From an uncultured bacterium (lineage in GTDB: Bacteria > Babelota > Babeliae > Babelales > RVW-14), in NCBI GenBank assembly GCA_963759805.1, contig CAVXAT010000003.1, positions 1-25,196 on the forward strand: a stretch of 25,196 bases of DNA. Direction: 5' to 3'. The notes beneath the pieces were generated by a model. It did not search any database and was not told the DNA's origin. It saw only the letters and a list, made by a program, of their open reading frames with translations. The position numbers and the translations under genes are program-made. Below are positions 1 through 9,827 of the stretch, one piece after another; the first letter of the stretch is position 1; each line of letters opens with the position of its first letter.

Positions 1-1
1 A

Positions 2-286
2 CATTCATGGCTACCGAAATTACCCAGCGATGGAAATGTTGTCGGCATTGATCAGTTTATTGGTGAGCCGGATTATCTTTATAAAGGATTCGGACCACTT
101 TTTATAAAACAATTTGTTGATGATCTTATCGCAAACGATCCAAGCATTACAGTTATTGTTGATCCTGACCCAACAAATTCTGTGGCAATAAGATGCTATG
201 AAAAGGTTGGATTCAAAAGGTTTGGCGTATATCAGGCTCCTTGGGGACCTGCATTGGTTATAACTCATAGTCAATATAAAAATTAG
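2..286 (+). CDS. GNAT N-acetyltransferase, AAC(6')-Ib/AacA4-like (5' partial; not in ORF track)
   Basis: Frame 2 reads HSWLPKLPSDGNVVGIDQFIGEPDYLYKGFGPLFIKQFVDDLIANDPSITVIVDPDPTNSVAIRCYEKVGFKRFGVYQAPWGPALVITHSQYKN*, stop TAG 284-286. GIDQ, xGxG and DPxPxNxxAIRCYEKxGF match the AAC(6')-Ib-type C-terminal half. Confidence 0.85.
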   Translation, partial: HSWLPKLPSDGNVVGIDQFIGEPDYLYKGFGPLFIKQFVDDLIANDPSITVIVDPDPTNSVAIRCYEKVGFKRFGVYQAPWGPALVITHSQYKN

Positions 287-321
287 TAAAATCGGGTTTT
301 ATCCAATTAAATTCGATGTTT

Positions 322-370
322 TTGCTTATTTAAGCCAATTTGCTACTTTAAACTTAGCAAATTAATAAGC
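322..370 (+). promoter_or_regulatory. Putative sigma70 promoter overlapped by an inverted repeat
   Basis: TTGCTT (322-327), 16 bp, TGc-TACTTT (341-349). Inverted arms AATTTGCTA (337-345)/TAGCAAATT (355-363) and GCTTATT (324-330)/AATAAGC (364-370). Confidence 0.35.
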
Positions 371-432
371 TGAAAACCTGAGCTAAAAATACGCAGGTCG
401 AAGATAAAATTTATAAATTTAGGGGCATTGAT

Positions 433-1350
433 ATGCAATTGGTTAGATCTTTAATTTATTCAATTTTTTTTATTTGCATTGTCGTAGTAAGCGCATCTAT
501 GTGTGCTGACCAAAGTAATTTTGAAGATAAAGCTGTTCAACAAGGAATAACGGCGAGGTTTTTTTTATCTGAATTAACTGTCCCAACTAACATGCCTAAT
601 GGTTCTTATGTGGATGGCCTAGAGGATGTCCTTAAGGAAATTTTAAAATCTGGTAGTTCAACTCAAAAAGAAACTGCTGCGAATTTTATTAATTACATGC
701 TGTTTAACTACAAATCAGAAGATTGGGTTGATAACAAGGACTTTAGTTTAGTAAGGGTTTTGTTTTCAGATGAATCGAAAAGAGAAAAATTTTTAAATTT
801 GTGCAAAGATGTGCATGCAAGGCAAACCAGTGTCATTTGCAATCCATCAGATAAAGATAAAGCAGCTTTCATGGACTTTATAAATCGTTGCAATGCTGCA
901 ATTGACTGCAATACTGGAATTAAAGATGTTATCGAGGATATCAGTCATTTAACGCTGGAATCATGCAACTACAATTTCAACAAGGATTTATTGAAAATCT
1001 GCACCAGGCTCACAAAGTACCCTGAATTCTTTGATGTAGGCTTAAAGTTTATGCAGGAATACAGTGAACTGGGTAGTCCATTTAGTTATGATGATGAATT
1101 TCATAAGTTCTATAGCAAATTAATCTTTAATAATACGGATCGATTTTGTACAACAGAAAAAATACAACAATACGTATTAAGCGATACTCAAAGTTGCAAA
1201 TTAATTGGCGCTCTTGTGATAGGAATGCTTATCTTTAAAGAATTTACCAGCAATGATTTACACGCATGTAAAAATGGTTACTTATATTTATATGATCTAG
1301 CAAATATAATCAGATACATCAGACTAAATTCTGAAGATGAAGTTTCATGA
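433..1350 (+). CDS. Hypothetical protein with N-terminal signal peptide, Cys-rich
   Basis: 305-aa ORF, AGGGG RBS-like motif just upstream, hydrophobic N-terminus; no family recognised. Confidence 0.75.
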   Translation: MQLVRSLIYSIFFICIVVVSASMCADQSNFEDKAVQQGITARFFLSELTVPTNMPNGSYVDGLEDVLKEILKSGSSTQKETAANFINYMLFNYKSEDWVDNKDFSLVRVLFSDESKREKFLNLCKDVHARQTSVICNPSDKDKAAFMDFINRCNAAIDCNTGIKDVIEDISHLTLESCNYNFNKDLLKICTRLTKYPEFFDVGLKFMQEYSELGSPFSYDDEFHKFYSKLIFNNTDRFCTTEKIQQYVLSDTQSCKLIGALVIGMLIFKEFTSNDLHACKNGYLYLYDLANIIRYIRLNSEDEVS

Positions 1351-1765
1351 CTTTATTTGGAATGGATTTAACGATTGTTACGCTAATGCTGATTTACAGG
1401 ATCAGCTTGATTCATTGTTTAGCGAGCATGATAATAGCCTACTGCGTAAAGATTTATTTATTGCAGGAATGTTATTTTCAAGAGCTTATTCGTACCAAAA
1501 TGTTAATTACAATTTCTTAGATATTTCATGTATTTACGGGCTACTAAGTTCAATTGGGTATAATGATCAAAACATCGTATATTTTTTGGACAGAGCCAGA
1601 AGCGAACAACCTACAAGCCTTGAAGATCTTATTGATTCTTGTTCTGGTCACACATGCTATTGCCATGATTGTCTTCTTGAAAAGGAAAAAAGTGATGGCT
1701 TCAGTGAAATTGATTTTAATGATATTGGCCTTATCGATGGTTTCAGTTGTTATTGCACAAATTAA
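1337..1765 (+). CDS. Hypothetical acidic Cys-rich protein (possibly a frameshifted continuation of 433-1350)
   Basis: 142-aa ORF overlapping the upstream stop by 14 nt; Cys clusters (CSGHTCYCHDC, CYC); similar composition to the upstream ORF. Confidence 0.6.
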   Translation: MKFHDFIWNGFNDCYANADLQDQLDSLFSEHDNSLLRKDLFIAGMLFSRAYSYQNVNYNFLDISCIYGLLSSIGYNDQNIVYFLDRARSEQPTSLEDLIDSCSGHTCYCHDCLLEKEKSDGFSEIDFNDIGLIDGFSCYCTN

Positions 1766-4095
1766 GTTAATTTGACTTTCAATTGTGTTAATTTCGAGCT
1801 TAATAGTTCAAGCTTTTGTTTTAGTTTAGTTAACGAGTTTTTTAGATGCTTAAGCTTTAATCGTAGATTTGTTTGTTGTTCAAAACTTGTCCACTCAGAT
1901 TGTGTAATTTCAGGAGATTCTTCAATAGCACGCATAATCTCTGCAGGGTCAAGATCTATAAGAAATTCTTTAAGCGGTTTAGTTTGTTTTTTAAAAAGAT
2001 CTCGAAGTACGAATAACTGAGCCTGATATTCAACAAGATTTAATTTTGCCAGGTATGTTAGTCCATAAAAATTAAGATTGCCCTCGTGGCTGCCTTTCTT
2101 GGACTCTTTAAATTTCCACAAGAATTGATCTTTGTTTGTTGGGGAACTGGCGGTTGAGGATTGAGGTTTTTGGCAGAGTAACTTAAAAACCAAGACTTTC
2201 CCATAAATTCAAATGAGATCGTTATAGACGCTGAATCCTTTATAAAGAAACCTGTTAGCTTAGTGTTTATAACAACATTTTGCAGTGTAATCCTCTGCTT
2301 TACCTGTTTTTTAATATCCAAGAATTTTTTAAACTCATCCTTGTCATGCAGGATTTCAGAAAAATCGTGAACCCTTCAAGCTCTTTAATAAAGAAAGTTT
2401 TTGAAGAAGTTCTACCTCGTAAAATTAAAAAGCTATCTCGCAAGAAATTGAGGATTCCATTTTGAACATCTGGGACTCCCGCATTTGGCAGGCTAATCTT
2501 AGCAAATAAATTAATGCTGTCTCCATGCTGCATTGAAACAATCTGTGGATAAATATAAAAATCTTTTGTGACGGCTACACCCTTACAGATAGAATCAATG
2601 CATGGAATCGACGGAAAATATCTATAAAGACTGGACATCCATGGCGGTAATTTATTTGCAGGCCATGATGCCTTTTGAGGTGCCAGCACAATGTTCGCAA
2701 AAACAATCTCTGAATATAATAGCAAAAACAGCTTATCTTTAATTTCAATATGCCCGTCTATGCCAAAACTTAAAGCATGTGCCGTCTCAGCTCCGCTTAT
2801 ATCAATTTCCTTTAATTGAACCTTTCCCAAAGCTTTTAAAATGTTTGCATCAGTCATATTTACGCAGCTATTAAAAACCTGAAACCAACCGACTTCAGGA
2901 ATTAAAGTCTGAGGAACATTATTAGGGCCAAGCAATCTAAGATACCAAAGTTTAGGTAAGGATACTTTACTTAAAACACTGAGTAAGCCGCTTCTTTGCT
3001 CCAATTCTCTTATTTCTGCCTTTATTTTTTTCATTGCTTCAACATCAGCAGTCTCTTTTTTGGCTCTAATTGCGACTAATTTTTCTACAAAATTACTGTA
3101 TCCATTTTGAAAGTTTTCTAATGCATCAAAGTACGCCCTAAGATTGACGTTGGATGAATCTTCCATTGTCCAGTCCGATGTTGTTCGAGCATCAGTGATT
3201 GCATCAACTATTATGAGATATTTTATTCTGACAGGCATCTTGTTCTAACCTGGATTAAATCAAGATTTTTACCACCTGCAACACACGTTGAAATTCGCAC
3301 GGATTTCGTATAAATCTTGTCGTTAAGGAAAAGTAAGGTGGTGGCCATATCGTTGACTGGCAGGCCTGCTACAGATGACTTTTCAGGGGCATCAGAAGAA
3401 TAATCTCCATGCCCAGACATGTATACATTGCAAGGCTGTGAGAGTTTTAACGCATCAAGGTCTTCAACAGGATTGAAAATCGAAGACATTTGATTAGGAT
3501 CAAATTTTTTATAGATTGTTATATCTAATGCCTTTGGCGCTGCAATATCGGATGACAAATCTTTTGCATATGGAATACATTTCAGATTTTCATCGGACAA
3601 TAACCTTTTGGCTTCTTCTGGCGCATCATCAGCCCAGGCTATTTTGGGAAATCTATCGTTCACAGAACCACTATACACTTCATTGGATGGGATATCTATT
3701 TTAGTCCATTTGGTTTTATTAAAAATTGGGTTGTCGTAATTGTGTGGAACCAATGCTAAAAATTGCGTATCTTGTATGTGATAGAAATCCCAATCAGATA
3801 AGTTAAAGTTAATTTTTACGAGAATATGATCTGGTTTATTTGTGTATTTTCTGATTACAAGATTTTTTAAGACATAATCTGACACAATGGCAATATCTAG
3901 AGCACCTTGTGAGATCGCACATGCAAAATCGTATGTTATTGCTCCACCAGTTCCCTTGCAGAAGCTTTCTTTACTACTTCCAATAAAAAAACCAATTCTG
4001 AGTGGTTTAACATTTTCACCAACAACAGGCTCAACCTTTGCTGCAAAAATAGTTGATCCTAAGAAAAACCCCCATAACATCATTAGCTTACGCAT
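1762..4095 (-). CDS. Secreted ~778-aa protein with clan CD (C80/caspase-like) His-Cys peptidase motif and C-terminal heptad helix; split by 3 frameshifts
   Basis: Four ORFs (3223-4095, 2300-3238, 2058-2321, 1762-2193) join by adding one A at each junction: ~3244 (QVR-NK-MPVR), ~2368 (EGF-ND-FSEILHDKDEFKKFLDIKK) and ~2168 (SAK-K-PQSS). Signal peptide; VYMSGHG...VAGL...VRISTC motif; RBS GGAG. Confidence 0.75.
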
Positions 4096-4112
4096 CCCTT
4101 GCTCCTTTTAAA

Positions 4113-5638
4113 TTAGTCCCATTTAAACGGCGTTTTTAACCGTTCCTCTAACCATTTTCGGTCGACTTTAGAACAATGATCACATTTTTCTTTAAAATTT
4201 TGTAAAACATCTTTGTAACATTCTATTGCTTCACCACGTCTACCGAGCAAATCCAAAACCTCTCCGCGCCAAACTTTTATGCAATGACCGAATTCTTTCA
4301 ATTGTTCTGGATTTGATTTTGGAACTGTATGTTCGTACTGCTGCAGCGCATATAAAGCATTTTCATAAAAGACGTGAGCATCATTCTTTTGAGGGCTAAA
4401 AAAACAATGGAAAAATAGCCACCATGTTGAAGCTTCTTTAGATTTTGTTTTAACGGCTTGATCAAATAGAGCTAAAATTTTATTCTCGCGTTCCTGCTTA
4501 TCTTGCAAAGATTGTGCCATGACTATTTTAAGTTCAAAATCTGAAGGAGGGTTTGGCCATGTCAGCCTATTCCCAGGCCTGTATTCTATTTGAGTTTTAA
4601 CAGCTTTCTCTAAAAATGTTTGTAAAATATCAAAAAACTTTTCTGGTTCATCCCAAAAAATACGATGTCCTGATTTTTTAAAGATTTCTACTTGGGAATG
4701 TGGGTGATTTCTACGCATGAATTCTGCTTTATCTGTATCCCATGTTAAATCCCATTTTCCCTCAAATATCAAAGTTGGAATTTCAAAATCATCACACATT
4801 CCATCCAATCCAATTTTATCTTCGTCTGAGCAAATCAAGTCTCTAAATCCAGGGGCAGGGTTCCATTCATAAAGAGCTTCCCTAATAAATCCTTCAGGTG
4901 TTGGCTTATAATAAGATTGACGTTTCCAATCTCCAGTCAGATGCGCATTGTATAAAGCTTGCACCAAGGTGAGTTGACCATCACCTTCAGCCAACCAAAC
5001 TTTTCTTATTGCGGCTTGCTCTTCCTTTGAAATAAACATCTGTTGCCGACTGGGCTTCATTTTGACTTTTTTAAGTCCATCAGCTGCCGCTACGAGAATT
5101 AATCCATTAACGTTTTCTGGATAAGTTAGAGCATAGCATTGTGCTAAAAATCCGCCATAAGACCAGCCAAAAACAGCCCACTGATCAATTTTCAATGCTT
5201 TTCTTAAGCTTTCTAAATCTTCGACAGCTTGTCTGACGGAGTAGGTTTTGCCTGTATCATCTAGACTTGATTTACCTGTACCTCGCTGATCGTAATAAAT
5301 TATGTGGCAAAATCCTTGGCTCGAGAAAAACATGGGTGAAAATCGTGATGTGTGCCTCCTGGCCCTCCATTGATTAAAACTAGCGGAATCCCACGGCCTT
5401 CTTCTTCGTAATAAAGTTTGCCGTCTAAAATATCGATGAATCCCTTTTTTAGATCAAATATTTCATCGCACAGTGGCGGCAGTTTTGAAATATCAAGAAT
5501 CAATTTATCTGGAATATTTACAACTTTATCAAAAATTGTTTCACGTGTTGAAGTGTTACGAAACCAATCGCAAGCTGGTAATGCCAATGATAAAATAATC
5601 ACAGCAACAAATACTAGAATTTTGGTATTATCCCTCAT
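4113..5638 (-). CDS. Alpha/beta hydrolase (proline iminopeptidase-like) lipoprotein with C-terminal TPR; one frameshift near 5310
   Basis: Lipobox-like LALPAC, NGGPGG oxyanion motif, YDQRGTGKS, nucleophile GWSYGG, catalytic Asp/His regions (GKWD, SGH), TPR-like WRGEVLDLLGRRGEAIECYKDVL. One extra T in a T4 run joins AKDF-CHIIYYDQRG. Confidence 0.85.
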
Positions 5639-5669
5639 TAGAACTCCTTTTTTTGTTTCAACTCAAATA

Positions 5670-6762
5670 TTATTTTTTACTCAACACATCTATGGCGTTT
5701 TTAAATTCTTGTGATTCAAAATTATCCAAAATTTGGCTAAAAAAAGTTTTTAAAACCAGTAAGCCATTTTCAGGTTTACTTAAATCAATGCTACGAATTT
5801 CTTTTACGAAATCGATAAACGTGGGGGCTGTGATCAATCCATATTTTTGGATGGTTTCTGCTGGCACCCTCTTTAGCCAATCGAAAACCCATTTAAGCAA
5901 AATTACCTGCTTCATTAAATAAAATTTTGCATTTTCCGCAGCAGAGGGCTGTCGTCCAAGATATGTTTCAATCAATATTTTTTCATGATCAGAATCGGAA
6001 TAAAAATACGAGGCCACTGTTGCTACATCAAAATAAGGATCGCCTTGTCCAGCATCTTCATAATCAACTGCTTTAAATTCATTTCCAAGAAATATTAAAT
6101 TCCCGCCGTGTAAATCACTGTGACACGGTATATTCGTTGTTAAGTGAGGCAGAAGTGCTTGATGAATAGTAGATAAAGACTCGCTCAATTTTTGTTAATG
6201 GCACATAGTCGCTGTACTTAGGCTTTATTGTTTTGAATACCGTTGTTAATGCGACTAAAAACATTGAAATCAGAATTTTCAAAGGCTGGGCCATTGATGA
6301 ATTTTTTGTAAAAGGTAAGCCAACGCAATATAAAATTGATGCTGACAGCTAATAAATCTTTCCTGATAAACATTCTAAATTATGTCTTGCCAGACAAATA
6401 TTCCATGATCACAATTCCACGAGAAGTGTCTGAAAAATAAACCTGTGGCCCATAACCAGCATCTGAGCGATTTTTAAATTATGAATTTCTAGATCACGAC
6501 CTTTTTGAGATTTATGAGTGATGAATCGAGCAACATATCTCTTTGATTCTGATGTAACAGCAAATAATTGAGCTCCAGAATATCCACCTTTGAGATCCAT
6601 TGCAAAAACATCGCCGGATAATGATAGTTCATCCTTCACTACTGCCGCTGCATATTTTTCATCAATGCGCGGTGTTTTTTTATGTGTCCAAGCACAGGCT
6701 GACATCACCAATACCATAATAATGACAGCAGGCATCAATGCTAGCTTTTCAGTTTTCATCAT
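5670..6762 (-). CDS. APH/choline kinase-like phosphotransferase with lipoprotein signal; several frameshifts between ~6470 and ~6190
   Basis: Lipobox-like VMSAC, LKGGYSG loop, YVARF, shifted-frame DAGYGPQVY and IMEYL, Brenner motif CHSDLHGGN, VDYEDAG and DPYFDVA. Start ATG at 6762 or 6759 after AGGA. Confidence 0.8.
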
Positions 6763-7237
6763 AGTTCCTAATGTAGGCTTCAATTTTCTGAATTTTAACA
6801 ATATCCTTGTCTCTGCCCATTAATCTGTACAGCTCAATTGACTTTGTAAGTGGTAAAACAGGTATTTGAAAATTATCCAAATCAATAATATTTGGATGTT
6901 CCAATAGGTGCGACATTTCATACCATTGCCCATCAGCTTGTGATTTTACTTTAAAATTACACATAACTTCAATTGAGCAGCCATTAAGTAAAAATTTACC
7001 CATAGTTGAATCAATAATTACCGATGATGCAATTTTGGGTAGTTGAATTTTGTAGTCAATTAGTGCCTGATTTATTTTTAAAATTCCTTCTTCATCCGTT
7101 AAAATATCGATATCGTCTGGCTGAATTTGCATACCGTTGAGGGCTAGTCCACAACTGCCAAAAACCATCCACCGAACGTCTGCCGTAGCCATCTTTTTTG
7201 TGACAAGTTTTAATACATCAATAAATTTTTTATCCAT
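6749..7237 (-). CDS. Pol-beta superfamily nucleotidyltransferase (ANT(2'')/Lnu-like)
   Basis: WMVFGSCGLALNG...PDDIDILTD (hGS..DxD motif) and IEVM third acid. Start moved to MDKKF (7237) behind AGGA, avoiding overlap with the upstream gene. Confidence 0.8.
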   Translation of the reverse strand: MDKKFIDVLKLVTKKMATADVRWMVFGSCGLALNGMQIQPDDIDILTDEEGILKINQALIDYKIQLPKIASSVIIDSTMGKFLLNGCSIEVMCNFKVKSQADGQWYEMSHLLEHPNIIDLDNFQIPVLPLTKSIELYRLMGRDKDIVKIQKIEAYIRNYDEN

Positions 7238-7247
7238 TGGATTCCTG

Positions 7248-8612
7248 TCATTCAATTTTCTCAGCCACTGTATCCTGACCGTGTTCATGAACTACCAATT
7301 TTTCATCCTTGCCTGATCCATCGCTAATGAAAGAAATTTGTACATCTGCAGTTTTTAAGAAAAAGGTCGTCTCTGATTCTGGATGCATTACAAATTTTCC
7401 ATGTCCAAGTACTTCAACAAAAAAATTATCCTGTTCATTTGAAACAACAAATGTTAGATTTTTGTCTTTTGTCACATAAGTTCCTGTGTACTTATCATAG
7501 ATCTCATGGGGTAATGTAATGGCTGCTCGTTTTTTGGGATATTCGGGTTTTTGTCCAAAAACAATGTGCGCAAGATTTTCCGATATCACATTAATAAAGG
7601 CATCTTCAGAATTGCTTAACAAAATTATGCAAACGTTGCGATCTACATATCGATTAATAATTGTGAATGCTCCAGGATTTAATCCAGTATGCTGCGTAAG
7701 CTTGCCATATGGTGATTGTAAGACGTACCAGCCATATCCGTAATTATCTTTGTATGGTGTAAAAATTTGCGCCAAGTATTCTTTGGATGTTAATTTTTGG
7801 GTGTATAGCGCACGATCCCATAAATATAAATCTTGTACTGTCGAATATAAGCTTCCTGCTCCCACTTCAAATGACATGTCAAGGTAGCTTGCATTAACAA
7901 TTTCACCATCCATAATTACAGCATAACCTGACGCTTTATTTTTTATGATTCTCTTACCATCGTCGCATCCGGTGTTTTTCATGCTCAGAGGATTGAAAAT
8001 ATGCTCCTGTAAAAATGTTTCATATTTTTTACTTGAAGCTTTTTCGATGATATAAGTCAGTAAGATGTAGTTATTATCGGTATAATCATGTTTTTCTCCA
8101 GGCTCAGATTCCAAAGTCTTATTCTTAAATAACGCAATTCTAGTTTCGAGGGTCTGTGGTTGAGTCTTATTTGTTTTATATTCTGAATTGTTTAAATTTG
8201 GTATTCCCGATGTATGAGTCAGTAAATGGTGAATGGTAATCTTATCACCGTTCGGATAATCTGGAATGTATTTTGATACTGTATCATTAACACTTAACAA
8301 TCCCTGTTCCTGTAGTTGCATTATCGCCATTGCTGTAAATTGCTTTGTAATCGATGCTAATTTAAATTTGGTCTGAGCGGTATTTGGAATATTGTGTTCG
8401 AGATTTGCCATTCCATAGCCTTTACTCAATACAACATTTCCATCTTTGGCAACTAAAACAGAACCACTAAACCAACCCTGATCTACGTATGCATTGATGT
8501 ATGAATCAATCTTGGATTTAAGACTTTTACGTTTATGCCTAGCATCGCAACTTGATAAGGTTAATGCAGAAAAGCAAATGCTTAAGATAATAAAATTTTT
8601 CCTAATTTTCAT
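7248..8612 (-). CDS. Serine hydrolase, beta-lactamase class C/PBP-related, with C-terminal DUF3471; lipoprotein-like
   Basis: FKLASITKQF (SxxK), LLTHTSG, YTD at the YxN position, GAGSLYST, HTG, C-terminal KYTGTY...PESETTFF domain; N-terminal LSSC lipobox-like motif. Confidence 0.92.
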   Translation of the reverse strand: MKIRKNFIILSICFSALTLSSCDARHKRKSLKSKIDSYINAYVDQGWFSGSVLVAKDGNVVLSKGYGMANLEHNIPNTAQTKFKLASITKQFTAMAIMQLQEQGLLSVNDTVSKYIPDYPNGDKITIHHLLTHTSGIPNLNNSEYKTNKTQPQTLETRIALFKNKTLESEPGEKHDYTDNNYILLTYIIEKASSKKYETFLQEHIFNPLSMKNTGCDDGKRIIKNKASGYAVIMDGEIVNASYLDMSFEVGAGSLYSTVQDLYLWDRALYTQKLTSKEYLAQIFTPYKDNYGYGWYVLQSPYGKLTQHTGLNPGAFTIINRYVDRNVCIILLSNSEDAFINVISENLAHIVFGQKPEYPKKRAAITLPHEIYDKYTGTYVTKDKNLTFVVSNEQDNFFVEVLGHGKFVMHPESETTFFLKTADVQISFISDGSGKDEKLVVHEHGQDTVAEKIE

Positions 8613-8636
8613 AAGATCCTTACGATTTTATACCGT

Positions 8637-9809
8637 CTATTCGATTTTCTCGGCAATTATATCTTTATCATTTTGCCGAAGAATTAAACCGATAATTTTA
8701 CCCGTTTTATCTTTTATGAATGTTATTTGTGCCTCAAGTATTGTGTAGAAAAATTTGATCTCAGACTCTGGGAATATTTCAAGCTTTTCTTGATCTGTCG
8801 CCTGCGCGAATAGCTTGCCTGATTCCTCTGTTATGGTGATGATAAAATTTTCGCGTAATTTGTATTTACCAACATATTTTTTAAACTGAGATCTCTGGGT
8901 TTGGCTTAATTCTATTACGCTCGATACAAGATTTATTTTTTGTTGTTTTAAAAAGCTTACAATTTCATCTGCTAATTCTTTGGGTGTGTTTTTAGCATCA
9001 AGTATCAAATCATAAGATTGCAATGGAACAATAGAAACTTCCTCTAATGTATCCAACCTGAATTGTTGTACAAATTCTTTATATTCTTTTTCTTCTTGTT
9101 TGGTAATTTCAGCAGCATAATTTTTAAGTTCTGGTGGCAGATTTTTTAGAAACGAACTAATTGACGAATTTATCAGGTGTTTCATATCTTTACTTGAAAA
9201 ACAATCAAGAACTTGCTCAGATTTTGAGCTCTGCGGTTTATATAATAACCGATATTGTGAAATTGGTTGTATTGTTTCTCTATGCTCTGCAGATATACCT
9301 GTTAAATTACGCTTCTCAACGCGGCCTATTGTAATATCTAAAGGACAGTACAATAAAACCTTAACCAGCTTTATTGCTTTTGACAGGCAAGAAATTGCGT
9401 CAGATTCTGTATCACTCTCATTCGTTGGAACCGTATCAACCAAAATATTATGGCCTTTTAATGCTTTATATTTAATCAAAGAATAATAATCAGTAACCAA
9501 TTTTTTATCGAAATCATTTTCCAGTTTTGCTCTTGTTTTTATGTCTAATTCTTTCGATTGAAGTTGTTCTGGAATAGGATAAGATCTTGTAAATGTGTCT
9601 ATGTCGATTATTTCATATGTGCTTCCATACATTTTTTTCAGCTCATTGATGATCGATGTTTTACCCGAGGAAGATGTTCCCATTATCATGACAACCACAC
9701 CTGGCGTGCATCTATGGTGCCTTATAGCGACATACGTAAATGAGGCTAAGATTGCACCTAAAAACAGTGCTGCAGCAATTGTGCTTGAGCCTTTTTTTAA
9801 GATATTCAT
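8637..9809 (-). CDS. Chloramphenicol-phosphotransferase-like P-loop kinase fused to DUF3471, with N-terminal membrane anchor
   Basis: IMGTSSSGKTS Walker A, ILVDTV, VLLYCPL...RVEKR, YDLILD; the last ~85 aa align with the DUF3471 of the neighbouring serine hydrolase. Confidence 0.75.
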   Translation of the reverse strand: MNILKKGSSTIAAALFLGAILASFTYVAIRHHRCTPGVVVMIMGTSSSGKTSIINELKKMYGSTYEIIDIDTFTRSYPIPEQLQSKELDIKTRAKLENDFDKKLVTDYYSLIKYKALKGHNILVDTVPTNESDTESDAISCLSKAIKLVKVLLYCPLDITIGRVEKRNLTGISAEHRETIQPISQYRLLYKPQSSKSEQVLDCFSSKDMKHLINSSISSFLKNLPPELKNYAAEITKQEEKEYKEFVQQFRLDTLEEVSIVPLQSYDLILDAKNTPKELADEIVSFLKQQKINLVSSVIELSQTQRSQFKKYVGKYKLRENFIITITEESGKLFAQATDQEKLEIFPESEIKFFYTILEAQITFIKDKTGKIIGLILRQNDKDIIAEKIE

Positions 9810-9827
9810 ATGTAGAGCCCCTTCCTT

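Noticed and set aside
20..274. 84-aa minus-strand ORF
   Set aside because: Antisense shadow of the GNAT gene on the plus strand.
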